This document shows, piece after piece, positions 48,104 through 61,728 of a stretch of 64,000 bases of DNA (positions are counted from its first letter, which is position 1; each line of letters begins with the position of its first letter). The translations under genes and the position numbers were made by a program. The stretch comes from Mantamonas sphyraenae STR306 (taxonomy: Eukaryota; Protista; CRuMs): assembly GCA_026936335.1 (NCBI GenBank), contig JAPMXV010000031.1, positions 1 through 64,000 of the forward strand, given 5' to 3'. The notes below the pieces were generated by a model. The model saw nothing but the letters and a program-made list of their open reading frames with translations. It was not told the DNA's origin and did not search any database.

Positions 48104-50155
48104 TTATCGGGTCTTGACCTTGCCGACGTTGCTCCTGTAGAGGAGAGTGTCCTCCTCCCAGCCGCAGAAGGCGCAGCAAGCCAGCAGAGCGCCGAGCGAG
48201 ACAAAGAGGAGCACAAAGAGGGCAATCTGGTAGTGCTCGATCTCGAGGGCGGTGTAGGTGTTGTCGAGGTCGACGGTGGTGTTTGTGTTGTTGGTCTCGC
48301 CCAGGAAAGCGTTGAGGTGGCGAGCGTGCGAGGCGTGAGCCGGGGCGGCAGCGAGGCAACGGACGCGCACGGGAGCCTTGGAGGCTTGCAGGTTGGAGTT
48401 GATGCTAGCGCAGATGTCATGACCGACGGCGTTTCGGACGTGGACGTGCGGGAAGGTGTGCTTGAGCGAGTGGGCGTCTGTGAGCAGAGCGTCGCCAAGA
48501 TGGTTGCGCAGCTGCTTGAGAATATGTTCAAGGTGAGCAGGGGCGACGTGGCGGTGGCGCATGTGGTTGGGCATTCGGATGATCTGGGCGCTGATGCGTC
48601 CGTACTGGCTGCGCAGGGAGCGGAGCAGGTTCTGGATGGCCAGGTCCATGGTCAGGGAAGCCTGAGCTGCAGCGTCGTTGTCGGCTGCGTCAAAGCTGCG
48701 CAGGGCAGAGAAGTGGATGGCAAAGAAGTCGGGCACGTTGTCTGCGACGAGCTTCTTGAGATCATCCTGCTCGGCAAGGGTCTGTGCAAGCTTGTAGAGG
48801 GAAGCGCACTCGAGGTAGTGCGCGAGCTGGTGTGTGGGGAGCTTGCGCAGTGCGGCGACGTCGACGTTGGGCAGCAGGTTCAGGTCATCCAGGGAGACGG
48901 TGAAGCGAGCCAGGCTGTTGTGGGTTTCATCGAGGCGAGACGCCATGGTGTTGTCGAGGACGCTGAGCTGAACGACGTTGGCCAAGTTGCGAGCAGGCGA
49001 CGAAGCGTGGTGCAGAGCAGCGCGTGCATGGACACGGTCGGCAGACATGGAGACGACGAGAGACTTGCCCTTGTACAGCTGGGTGAGCACATCGGCGGTG
49101 TTGCCACGCACGGCGTGGCACTTGGGGTGCTTCGTGCGGAATGCGTGCACAAGCTTGTCTGCAGAGGGCGAAGCCGCAGGAGTGGGGTCAGCACACAGGA
49201 GATGGGCAAGTGCAGGTAGGAGGAGGGGGACAAGGCAAGGGCCGGTGGGATGGCGGGATGGCATGCTGCAAAGGACGTACTCTTGAGATGCCAAGCGCGA
49301 GAGACGATGCCATGCACGGAAGCGCGATGACCCGTGAGCATTGAAACGCGGTGTGCCAGCGTGCTGTGCAGGCGCGAATGGCGCAGGCGGTAGCGACGAG
49401 CACGACGCAACAGATTGCGCAGAGGAGTGCGGTGAGCTGTGGAGGATGAAGGAGGCGTGCATGGATGGCACAGGCGCGGACGACGATGTGAGTGTGTGGC
49501 AATGGGGAAGCGGAAGCCAAAATTGCACGCAGGCGCATGGCACAGTGCGTAGAGGGCTAAAGAAGGCCAGGGCCAGGCGTCATTGGCAGTGAGGTACATG
49601 GAAGGCGACCCGTAGAGAGGATGGAGGAGCAGATGGAGACGCGGCGGCCAGCGACGGGAAGGGAGGGAAAAACCGGCGGGTGGAACTAACCGTGAGTGTC
49701 CACGCGACCCTGGTCGATGGTGATGAGGACGTTTGCGCGGCTCTTGCGGAACACACGGGCAGTGGAACGTGTGTGGGCGTTGCTCGAGGCGTGTTTTGCG
49801 CCATGAGAAGGCACACCGATGGCGTGGGAGACGTGTTCAGCCACTTGCAAATCGGTGAGGGGCAGCACCTTGGCGTCAGAGGGGCTCTCGTCCTGCTCCT
49901 GCTCTTGCTTAGCGTCGTGGCCCAGCTCCAGGCTATGCATTTCGCTGTGCTGCTCCGAGGCATCGGCAGACTCGATCAGCACATTGCCAGAGCGTCCGTG
50001 AAAGTAGTCTGCAAGGCCTGTGTCAGCAACGGGACGACCATGACGACGGCGACACGCACGCTACCCTCACGTTCCAGCTTACCTTTGCTCTCGTCAGCGA
50101 CGATCAAGCTTGCGCAAAGCAGCATGCACACCACAATCACAGTCGTCTTGAGCAT
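48104..50155 (-). CDS. ATP6AP2: ATP6AP2/(pro)renin-receptor-like V-ATPase accessory protein
   Basis: Signal peptide MLKTTVIVVCMLL; introns 50009-50082, about 49437-49690 and 49159-49280; VFRKSRANVLITID; C-terminal TM EIEHYQIALF...DTLLY. Confidence 0.75.
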
Positions 50156-50222
50156 GATGTGTTTGCGGTGGGGGTTTTTGGCTGGCAAGAGAGGCGCGCG
50201 GAGATGGGCAACCGTATCCAGA

Positions 50223-52004
50223 ATGAGCGACAATCTGACTGAAGAAGATGTTGAGAGAATGGTGAGTGACGCTGGGAGCATTGCCGGAAGGGGGAAGAGG
50301 GGACAGGAGTGTGGATAGAGCGGGCGGGTGGCGAGAGGGCGCGGCAAGCGCGTTTGCGGGTTTGGGGCCACGGGTGTTGGCCGCCAACGCGAGAGAGGGG
50401 ACGCTAACACATAGAGAGGGGACGTACAAACACAGATCTGCATTAAGATCAAGTTCCCGTACGATGTGCGGCGGTTCAGCATCACAGAAGACTGCACGTT
50501 CAAGCTGTTCATTTTCAAGGTGGTGCGGATCTTGCAGCACCAGCACAAGCACTTTTCCCTTCGCTACCGCGATGTGGAGGGTGACCTGTGCACTCTGACG
50601 TGCGAAGAAGAGTTCCAGGAGGCGAAAAAGTCCATCGACAACGTCATGCGCATTTTGTTTGAAGGTAAGAGGGCAGAAAGACGAGTGACGAATTCGCGTC
50701 CCCAAACTCGTCGCGTGTCAGCCCGGTTTCCGCTTTGCGCCACACAAGCCAGCGCGCGCATATGTGGTCTCGCAGTACCGGCTCCACATAGCCGCAGCGT
50801 GTATGCAGAGTGTGCGCGAGTGAGTGCGCCCACATACATGCGTGTGTGGGTGTGGCACAGGAGAAAAGGGCCGAAAGAACAGCGAAAATCGTGCACTTCT
50901 CTCATCTTACGAAAACCGAGTTTGGGCGCGCGCCCCTTGGCACGATGAAAGATTCAGAGTGACTAACACCACGAATGGACACACTGTCACACGTGCACAG
51001 AGGACTGCCCCGAGAGCCAGAGCATCCTGCCGCTGTACGAAGAGTGTGCAGCCGAACTGGCCAAGCAGGTGGAGAGCATCCAAACGTCTGTGAGCCAGGA
51101 GCCGCTGGAGCTGGAGGGATCCGAGGCTGAGCGCGACCCCGAGCGATTCCGCAGTCTGGGCGAGCAAGAAGCTAGGCTGCTGGCAAAGCTGCAAGCGGCG
51201 ACCACTCAAGCAGCCGAGGCAGCCAAGGCACTGGCACAGAGCAAGGCCAGCCTGAACAAGGTAAGCGCCGAGCTGGCGCAGAGCGAGCGCGAGCTGCAGA
51301 ATGCGATCAAGCGTCGTGAGGCAGCCGAGCAGGCGGAGAAGCTGGCAGCGCAGCGCATTGAGCAGCTGAAGAACGACCTGGTGGAGGCCGAGGCAGCCGT
51401 CCCCAACGCGGAGCAGACGCTGGAGAGCAAGGAGGACATGCGGGAGACATTTGAGCGTGAGTACGACGCGCATCTGGAGTACATGTACGAAAGCGGGTTC
51501 ATGCGCCGCGAGGACGCGTCGACAAAGGAGTCCGAGAACAGCCAGCAGGGCAGCAGCAGCAGCAGCAGCGGCAACAGTGGCAGTGAGAAGCAGCTGCGTA
51601 CGGTACGTGCGCCCCTGGGACGTCAGCAGACGGATGTGTCGGAAACCGCGCAACGCGCCGAGGTGGAGAAGATCAAGGCGATGATGAAGCTGATGCGCCG
51701 TGACTTGAGCAAGGTGGAGAAGGCCAACGTGGTGTACACGGGCTACCGTGACAACTGGGTGGAAGTCAAGGAGGAAAAGAAGGACAACGCCGAGGACGTG
51801 GAGCTGACAAAGGAGGAGACCGAGCGCCTGACAAAGGTGTACTACCAGCAGCTCAACGACCTCAACAACCTGGGCTTCAAGGACCAAGACCTCAACCTGA
51901 AGTTCCTTGTGGAGTGCAACGGCGATGCCGAAGCCGTGCTTGCCAAGCTCCTGGACAACGAGTGGCGTGTGGACCACGAGGATGAGGAGTTCCTCGTGCT
52001 GTGA
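50223..52004 (+). CDS. PB1-coiled coil-UBA protein with LIR motifs (p62/NBR1-like autophagy receptor)
   Basis: Introns 50262-50435 and 50665-51000; PB1 (IKIKFPYDVRRF...LRYRDVEGDLCTLTCEEEF); UBA (LNNLGFKDQDLNLKFLVECNGD); DNWVEV and terminal DEEFLVL. Confidence 0.8.
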
Positions 52005-52032
52005 TGGAGTGAGATTGGATGGGAGAGGTTGA

Positions 52033-53487
<1,455 letters not shown>

Positions 53488-53556
53488 ACGCGTGGGTTTG
53501 GTTGATGATGACTGGACTGGACGCATTGAACTGTACAGATTGCTCTGAATCAATCT

Positions 53557-55442
53557 TCACTTGTAGATGAGGAGGGCCGCCATCCCTTTCCCCAGATCCA
53601 CAACCTCTTCTGTTTCCACAGCATCCACGTGGACGTGGTCCTCACCCTCCTCGTAATCCTCCTCATCTGCCTCTTCCTCCTCAATCACTCCGTCCTCATC
53701 ATCGTCGTCGCTGCCGTACTGCCGAATCTGTTGCCAGGCCTTGGCTTGCGCAGCCTCGTCCGCACGTATCAACGCGGCTAATTCGTCGTCAATCACAAAC
53801 GCTACCGATGTGTCGTCCTGTTCGGCTTCTTGTGCACCAACATCGTCCATGAGCTCCTGGAGCAGCTGCAGCCGGTTTAACAAGGGGGTCAGGTCGTACG
53901 GGAACACCTGCGTGACGGCCTGCAAGGCAAACAGCAGACGAGTCACGACCTTGTCAAACGCCTTCATCAGGTCCAACTGTTCCAGCAATGAGTTCACATG
54001 CGTCCAATCTTGGATGCATAGCTTGCATAATGCGACAATGTAGGCGAGCGAGACTCCCGCTTGTTCGGGCGAGACCAGATATTCCACCCACACAGAAGCG
54101 TCCAAATCCATAGTCAGCATCAGATGCACAAACAACGCGCTTGGGTGTCCAGCGTACGACAATCCAAGTCGATCTTGTATCGTGTCCATCATACTCGCTT
54201 CCAGGCACCGTGACGTGCTTTCGCGGTGCTCCAGCAACCAGCCCCACTTTGCATGGATGTCCAGCAGCGCGTGAAGCTGACCCACCAGCAGCGTGTCGTC
54301 TTCTGAAAACAGGTCCAACATTTGCTGCACCCCAGAGGCATGTTCTTCCTCGTTCCCATCCTGAAGAACTTGCAACCACCACTTGCTCTCCTGCGCCGTC
54401 AGCACCGCTTCTACAGCCTCCCACATTCGATCACCTCTGGCTTGCGCGTCTCCCAATACGAGTCACGTTCCTCGACGTCACCCTTGCCCCGTGTCCGCTT
54501 CCGCGACGTCGATCGGTCCTCGTTGCGCGCCAGACGCTTCTGCCCCGCATCCGCCTCGTCACATTGATTCACCACATGCTCCAGCGCACACGCTACCAGT
54601 TGAAAGAACAGTGCCACACTCGCCCGATGCCGTGTGGTGTTGCTGCTGTCGGACAGCAGGTCTGGAGTCTGTAGCAGCAGTTCACACGCCTCGCGGACAC
54701 GCACTGCACTTTGCACGAATTCATCCCGCCGCCGCAACAGCAGTGCCAGTACACACGTTTGGAACCCGTCGCTCACATCTTTTGCTTCCACCATGGCCAT
54801 CACCCGCCCCATGACCATCCCCAGTTGTGATCTGCAACTGCGTGCCTTTCGCGACACAAGCCCAGTGTCTGCCTCCTCCTCCTCCTCTTCAATGCCATCT
54901 TCCTCCTGCCCTCCCCTTTGTACATACTGTTCCACCTCTTCGTCAAGCGCAACCAAGACCTGCACCAACTGGACGCGCGTCTTGAAAGGCGCTGTGCTCG
55001 AGCTTAGCTTCCGCACCCATGTCGCCACGTACGGTTCTGCAAACACCATGCAGTGGCGCGCCTGCACGCTTCCATGCTGACTGAGCACACGTTGATACAG
55101 TGGGAACACCACATCCACCCCTGTGCCCTCACAGACAAGCGTCGAGCACACTCGATACAACAACGCCACCTCCTGCAGCCACTGCCGCTCCGTGGCGACA
55201 TCTGTCCAAGACACCAGACTGCGAACACAAGCGTGACTTACCAGCCTTGACCCGTGCTTTTCCACCTGGCACACAAGGTCTTCCACGGTTGCGTCACGAC
55301 TCAACCCACGTCGCGTCTCGGCCACAGTTTCCTCCACCTGGCCCCTCAGTTCATCTTCCCATGCCGCCATCGCCAGCAGCACCTCGTCCTCATCCATGAA
55401 TCCAAATGTACCATCTTCCACGGCCTGCACTACCTGCGCCAT
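53557..55442 (-). CDS. Protein Lines (LINS1)-like
   Basis: ORFs 54411-55442 and 53557-54456 join with one added base; Lines-like LFSEDDTLL, VWVEYLVSPE...YIVALCK...DW, VFPYDLTPLLNRL. Confidence 0.7.
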
Positions 55443-55517
55443 CGGCCCCAGCCCCGTTGGTTTTTCTGGTTCGTTCGGCGACTGGGTCTCCGCAGCGCAG
55501 AGAACACACTCCCTTTC

Positions 55518-55925
55518 ATGTCTGCACCCACTTCATCCACCAGCGCAGGTGGCAAGTTGTCGCGGCTCGTACGTCACGACGACAACGTGGGCGTGCCCGA
55601 GGTGCCGGACGACGAGGAGGAGCAGGAGGCCGATCCGTTTGGCGGGCCCATGAACTCCGACCTGGGCATCACTCGCCAACTCCAGCTCCTCGACCGCCAA
55701 AGTGAAGCTCTTGAATTTGACCGCTACGAGCTCCTGGACATTCAAGACGAGCTGGCTTCGCTCAAGGCCCGCCTACGCAACCCAGAACTCGACGACGTTG
55801 GTGCTCTCGAGTCCCAGCTCGCCATGCTCTCGCTGGCCAGCGAACAGCTGGAACTGGACAATGAGCAGATGCAAACCTTGCAGAAGGAGCTTGCAGGTCT
55901 CCAAGAGAAGCTGGAAGAGATTTGA
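55518..55925 (+). CDS. Small acidic coiled-coil protein, unknown
   Basis: MSAPTSS start, heptad-rich C-terminal half. Confidence 0.65.
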   Translation: MSAPTSSTSAGGKLSRLVRHDDNVGVPEVPDDEEEQEADPFGGPMNSDLGITRQLQLLDRQSEALEFDRYELLDIQDELASLKARLRNPELDDVGALESQLAMLSLASEQLELDNEQMQTLQKELAGLQEKLEEI

Positions 55926-56008
55926 TTTCGGGGCGTTTCCCCACAACACACTGTGACACAGGCTCCTGCACAGTCACGCCGACAGTGTATGAAATTCATC
56001 CTGGGGTT

Positions 56009-57572
56009 TCATTTAGTCTTTTCCTTTGTGTTGGGCGACACTTGCACCAGCTTCCATCCACTGCGCTCCTGCACCCGGGACTCCAGCGACCCAAGCGCCG
56101 TCTTGACCGTTGTCACCTGCCACTTGCTACTTTCACCCGGAAAACGGGCTGCAAAGTCAACTTCCTCCCCGTCCAGGTCACGAAAGGCGTTCTCCTTGCG
56201 GAAAAGCCGCACCGGCCGAGCGACGGGTTCGCTCTCCGCGCGTCCTGCTCCACTCTCGCTGCTTGGTTTGGCTGTCCTCCCATCTACCAGCATCAACCAT
56301 AACAGCGCAACGAGCGCACATCCCCACGGCGCCCACTGGTGGATTTGTTGTGTCGTAATCCACGGTTGCAGCGGACGACGCGCATCGACTGGCGCTCGGT
56401 ACACTCTGTCCAGGCTCCCACGCACCGTGTCCACCTCCTTCCACAACAACACAGCATACAGGAGCGCATCCAATGACGTCTGTGGCTGCTCAACAATGGT
56501 TGTCCGTAGCCGCGCGTCCAGCCGTTCTTGCTCACGGGCAACGTTGCATTGAGCATGTGCAACACCTTCACAGCATGCCACACGTCACTCAGGGGGCCAT
56601 TTGTGTGGCTCGCTGTCGCCTGGGCCTGTGTTTGCACTCGTGCAAGGATTCCTTTGTTTGTTGACGAGCCCGACCAGCTCTCCAAAACACCATGCTGCTC
56701 CAGGATCTGCAGAGCGGACCACAATGTGCGCACTGACACTTTGGCATCCGAAGATACGCTCTCCAGGACCGCCTTGCTGTCTTGGATCATGTGTGCGACG
56801 ACTGCTGGGTCTGCAGCCTCGCCAACTGTGCAGTCGCCGCCCTCCAGAGGGATAGCATGCCACAGTTGCCACGCTTTGTCCCAATGGTAGCCAGTCGCCA
56901 CGCGATGCGACAATTGCTCGTGAGACAGGTGTTGTGCACCGGCGTAGAAGGTTGGCCGGCGGGATTGCCCGTCCACAGCTCGTGCAACAAATGCACGTGC
57001 AGCCTCGACCATCCCTGCATCTCCGGTGCCCACTCCACACCCATTTTGCACACTGCGGTGTGTATCACCTGTGCAGCCATGTGGCTCGTGCTCACGCTCG
57101 TCACAAACGCATCCTCGTACCGCTGATACCGCTCCAATTCCTCGGAAAACGACTGAAAACCACCATCGTGGTGTGTCTCGCTGGCATTGCGGACCTGTAG
57201 ATGATACACAAACGCTGCCAGCATGGCTTGCAGCTCGCCGGGCGGCTGCGGAAACCCAGGCACTCGACTGCTCCGGAGTTCCTGCAGCAGTTGCGTCGCA
57301 TACCAAGCCTGCTGCAGCGTGCATTCCTTCCACGCGTACACTCCATCCACACATTGTGCGGTTTTCAGAGCGCCTAGCGTCACTGCACGGGTCACGCTTC
57401 GTGCAAACGTCTTTCCGTCTGCCTCCGCTTTGCCCACAAGCTGCTCCTCACGGATCCTCTCCAGCCGAGCATCCACACCGTCTTGCTCTCCCATCATCGC
57501 TGCGGCGCTGTTTACCCAAACACACAGAAGCAAAACCATACATGTCCATGCTGTCCACACCACACACTTCAT
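56009..57572 (-). CDS. Type I membrane protein of unknown family (signal peptide, C-terminal TM, K-rich end)
   Basis: Three overlapping ORFs (56787-57659, 56293-57354, 56009-56581) joined by two single-base additions near 56948 and 56536; ends TKEKTK (possible ER-retrieval signal). Confidence 0.55.
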
Positions 57573-57606
57573 TCCAAATGCTGCTGAAAGGCTGGTTCGA
57601 TCCCCG

Positions 57607-59613
57607 TCACGTGCCCAGGTTCGATTTGCTGCGGGAGCTTGTCTTTGGCGAACCGGCACTTAAGCCTCCACCGTTGCTGCTGCCTCCTGTCTCGTTTGTT
57701 TTTCCATCAGCAGCAGCTGCTGCTTCCGCGTTGGCTGTCGCCGCCGCTGCCGCAGCGGCAGCAGCCTTTTCCTCTGCCTCCTGCATCTCCTTGATCTTGG
57801 CCGCCACATCCTGCTCCACCTGACCCAAACGTGCTTCAAGATCCTGTTGCAGCTTGGCACTTGCCTCGATGGCTTGTACGTGGCCCAGTTTCGGCACCAC
57901 CACGGTCGGCGCGTTCTCCTTGCCAAACTCTGCCTCCAGCTTGGCCTGAGCCTCCTTGCTCGCCACCATGTCTGCCTCTGCCAAGGCTTTGATCCGTTCC
58001 TGTGCTGCCTTGCCCTGTTCCAGGTTGTTGCGGTACTCCGACAGGTGTTGTCGCAGTCCGTTCAGCTGCTCGTTCATCTCCTGGCTACTCTGTCGTGCCG
58101 CCTCCATCACCTCCTGGCTGGCTTTGCGTGCTTGTGCACTTTCTTCCAACACTCGTGTCACCTCCGCTGCCTGCACCGCAGACTGGCTCACAGACTCTTT
58201 CAAAGCACGCCTCGTCAATTTCACGTGCAACTCCGACGTCTCCTTCACCTTGTCCATGAATGCAAGTACATCTGGAATCTCCTGCTGCCCGTCAATCTTC
58301 TCTACCACCTCCTTGATGTCCTTGCTCTTGACCTCTGCGTGGAACTGCTCCGTTCCGGCTCCCTGTGCCACACTCATGTCTTTCGGCACTTCCTCCACAG
58401 CCATCCCTTCAGCCAGTGCCAACGCCTCCTCCTTGCTCAGTTCCTCATTTTCAGCACCTGCAGTTGGCTCTGACGACGATGACGACGACGACGACGACGC
58501 CTTCCCGTCGACGTTCTGCTGCTGCTTCGCCTCTTCGTGCGTCTGCTTTTTCGCATCAGCAATGCTCTCGCCACGGTTCCTTCGGCTCAACACCCCCTGC
58601 AGTTCGTTCTGCATCCCCGCTCCACCCATTCCAAGCATGCTGACGCCTCCAACGGGCGGTTTCTTGGTTGTCGTGTTGGAAGACTCACCCGCCTTGCCTG
58701 TCTCCTTGCTCTGGTCTACCGTGTCATTTGACGACGGTGCGGACTGTGTCGTGTTTTCGGCTGCCTTGGCAAGTGTCTTGTTGGTTGCTCCACGTCGTTT
58801 GGGCATGTTTGCCTTTTTCCTCACCACGCCACCCAGCTTCTGTGTTTGTCCATCCCCCTCCTCCGAGCTGTTGCCTCCTCCAGCGTTGTCATTCTTGGTG
58901 GTTGCAGTTTCCTTCTTCTTGCCTGCCCCCCCGCCCGCAAGCTGCGCCTCCAGCTGTGCTTTGAACGCGTCTTTCTTCTTCTGCTCCTCGTCACCCTCTC
59001 CCGTGTTTGTCTCTTTGGATGGCTGCGTGCTCGTGTTGCTCGATGCCCCGTTGCCTTCGTTCTTGTCCTTTGCCACGCTGCCATCCTTGCTGCTTGTGTC
59101 GCCTCCAGTGCTGCTCTCTGCACTCTCCTTCTTGCTCGCATCATCCGTTGTCGTCCTGTGGTTGTCCGTTGTCGTCCTGTGGTTGTCCTCTCCTCCCTTT
59201 TTCTCGCTCGTCGAGTCGCCACCTGCGTTTGCCTTTTCCGTAGATGTGTCCCCGGACGTACTGATTGCCCCTTCCCCTGCGCTGTTGCTGCTTCCTTGCG
59301 TCGTCTCGCTTTTTGGTGCCGAACTCTTTGCCTCGTCGTTTTTGCCACTCTCCGTCTCCTTGTTTGCCTCACTGACACCCTGAGCAGGCTTGCTCTGGCT
59401 GCCGTGGCTTTCTGTGGTCTCTTTCGAAGCGGTTGCACTCTCGTCTTTGCTGTTGCTGCCCTGGGCATTCGCCTCTGCGCTGCCTGCAGATGACTCAGCC
59501 GTCGTAGTGGTTCCTCCCTTGCTTCCTGCACCCGCACTCTTTGTGACTGCGCCCCCGTCGTCGTCGCTGTCGCTGTCGTCCAGAAGAAAGGTCCCGCTGC
59601 GAGCCCGTGACAT
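57607..59613 (-). CDS. Largely disordered S/T/E/K-rich protein with a CPI-like motif and C-terminal coiled coil
   Basis: Start MSRARSGTFLL; KLGGVVRKKANMPKRRGAT; KKPPVGGVSML; long heptad region. Confidence 0.7.
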   Translation of the reverse strand: MSRARSGTFLLDDSDSDDDGGAVTKSAGAGSKGGTTTTAESSAGSAEANAQGSNSKDESATASKETTESHGSQSKPAQGVSEANKETESGKNDEAKSSAPKSETTQGSSNSAGEGAISTSGDTSTEKANAGGDSTSEKKGGEDNHRTTTDNHRTTTDDASKKESAESSTGGDTSSKDGSVAKDKNEGNGASSNTSTQPSKETNTGEGDEEQKKKDAFKAQLEAQLAGGGAGKKKETATTKNDNAGGGNSSEEGDGQTQKLGGVVRKKANMPKRRGATNKTLAKAAENTTQSAPSSNDTVDQSKETGKAGESSNTTTKKPPVGGVSMLGMGGAGMQNELQGVLSRRNRGESIADAKKQTHEEAKQQQNVDGKASSSSSSSSSEPTAGAENEELSKEEALALAEGMAVEEVPKDMSVAQGAGTEQFHAEVKSKDIKEVVEKIDGQQEIPDVLAFMDKVKETSELHVKLTRRALKESVSQSAVQAAEVTRVLEESAQARKASQEVMEAARQSSQEMNEQLNGLRQHLSEYRNNLEQGKAAQERIKALAEADMVASKEAQAKLEAEFGKENAPTVVVPKLGHVQAIEASAKLQQDLEARLGQVEQDVAAKIKEMQEAEEKAAAAAAAAATANAEAAAAADGKTNETGGSSNGGGLSAGSPKTSSRSKSNLGT

Positions 59614-59689
59614 CACACACGTGTGTTGTTGGTTGGCTCTTTCTGCGCCGTCGTGGCCACCACAACCACATCCCTTGGAGAAGCCGACC

Positions 59690-61134
59690 ATGCCTCCCGC
59701 CGGACGCAAAGACGCGACTGCCACCTCGCCTGCGAGTGACCCTCAGGACTCGCTCAAGGACGCACCGCAAAAGTGGGACGCCCAGAAGGTGACCCCCATT
59801 GTGCCCAAGAACTCGGAGCAGATCAACTACAAGACTATCCGTAGTGTGATTCCGCCCGAGTGCTTCAAGCGTTCCTATGCCACTTCCTTCTACCATCTGT
59901 TTGAGGATCTGGTGTGCATGGCTGCTGCGTACGGCGCCGTCTACTGGGTCGACAACAACGTGGACAACGCGTTTCTGTACTGGACCAGCTGGGCGCTCTT
60001 CTACGTGTACGCCGGCATCACAGGCACTGGTCTGTGGGTGCTTGCCCACGAGTGTGGCCATGGAGGCTTCACAGACTCGGAGCTTGTCAACGACGTGGTG
60101 GGCTTTGTGCTGCACACCATGATGTACGTCCCTTACTTCAGCTGGTACGTTTGCGCCCCTCCACTGCACTGCCCTTCCTTCTCCTCTCCCCGACAATGTG
60201 CTCGCCTCCTTCTGCATCGTGCTGACTCCGCCGCCTTTGCCTGGGCTTGCATTTGAGCAGGAAGTACTCTCATGCCAAGCACCACAAGTACACCAACAAC
60301 ATGCAGATGGACGAGACCCATGTCCCGCAGCATGTCGATCAGATCAAGGCCGACCCGGCCTCCGCCTACAAGCTGCAGACCCACAAGTCCGACCTGCTGG
60401 TCTTTGTCATGGCCGTTGTGCAATTGGTCAGTTCCCGGACCCGAACTTTCCAGCGAGTCGGTCGATTTTCTTCCCTTGGCCTTTTCTTTTCGCTTTTCTC
60501 GCTCCGCCGCTCCTCTGACACCGTATGCACTGGAACACAGGTGCTTGGCTGGCCCTTGTACCTTGCCATCAACACGTCGAGCCCCGTGAGCACCCAGTGG
60601 GTGTCCCATTACGACCCCACAGCCCCGATCTTCCGCAAGAAGGATTTTTGGCGCATTGTGCTCTCCGACCTTGGCCTCATTGCCTGGACGTACGCGCTGT
60701 ACACCGTGGGTGCCACCTACGGCTTTGGCAAGATGCTGCAGTACTACCTGCCTGTCCTGCTCATTGTCAACGCTTTCCTCGTTTCCATCACCTTCCTGCA
60801 ACACACCGACCCTGCCGTCGCTCACTACGATGACCACGAGTGGGACCCCGTCCGCGGTGCCCTCGGTACGGTCGACCGCACCATGGGCCCCTGGTTGGAC
60901 TCCAAGCTCCACCACATTGTGGATTCTCACGTCGTGCATCACATTTACTCCTACATGCCCTTCTATGGCGCCAAGAAGGCCACTCCGTACGTTGCCAAGC
61001 ACCTTGGCAAGTACTACAACGGCCGTGAGGGCAACTGGTTCGCCGCCTACTGGAACAACCTCCGCGACTGCACCGCCGTTGACGGAAAGGGCATCCTCTA
61101 CTGGGCCCTCCACGATGACGAGATCGCAGGCTGA
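59690..61134 (+). CDS. FAD2: Delta-12 (omega-6) fatty acid desaturase
   Basis: Introns 60145-60260 and 60427-60540; IRSVIPPECFKRS; His boxes HECGH, HAKHH, HVVHH; ITFLQHTD; TVDR. Confidence 0.93.
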
Positions 61135-61305
61135 TTCCCTCTCTCTCACGCTTCCGTCGTTGTCCAGCCCACACTCGAAATGAACGTTGACAATGTCCGC
61201 TTTCGCTTCTCCTTTCAGCTGCGTGTTCCCATGGCCCTGCGTTCTCCCATGGCCCAGACCCCAGCGCACAGGCAACCACCCCTACCACGACAACGAACTC
61301 CACAA

Positions 61306-61728
61306 ATGGGCGCAGACGAATCCGACTCGACCCTCGAGCGCTTGATGATGACCCTGCAAGAGCTGTTGAAGCCCGTGGGCAAGTACCTGTGGCACACGCT
61401 GCGGATTGATTTCCGCCAAGATGCGACCATCTACTTCAGCTTCGGCCTGGCCTACATGTTTGTGCTCAGCATCATGCTCTTTATCATGTGCAGCAACCAC
61501 CGTGGCCAGCCCACGCGGGGAGTTCTGGACATGTGCCTGCCCACACGAACGGGTGCGTGCTGTGCTTTTTTCCCGCCCTCCCTTTTCCCCAACCGCACTG
61601 TACCTCTTCCGCGGCTGACACCACTCCGCACCCGCACTGTGCACACACCAGCCACTTCGGGTAGCGGCGTTGCACGACACCACCAGCCAGTTGCGGTCGA
61701 GCAGCAGGAAATCAAGAAGGAGAGCTGA
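61306..61728 (+). CDS. Small single-pass membrane protein, unknown
   Basis: MGADESD start (upstream in-frame ATGs exist), TM IYFSFGLAYMFVLSIMLFIMC, probable intron 61553-61651. Confidence 0.55.
   Translation: MGADESDSTLERLMMTLQELLKPVGKYLWHTLRIDFRQDATIYFSFGLAYMFVLSIMLFIMCSNHRGQPTRGVLDMCLPTRTGACCAFFPPSLFPNRTVPLPRLTPLRTRTVHTPATSGSGVARHHQPVAVEQQEIKKES

Noticed and set aside
49159-49690. Apparent 530-nt intron hosting an ncRNA in ATP6AP2
   Set aside because: Contains an in-frame exon (RVSMLTGHRASVHGIVSRAW) with a good donor at 49280
53500-53556. C/D-box snoRNA-like ATGATGA...CTGA with a short terminal stem
   Set aside because: Only ~50 nt, sits in a shared 3' UTR spacer, and I recognised no rRNA-complementary guide
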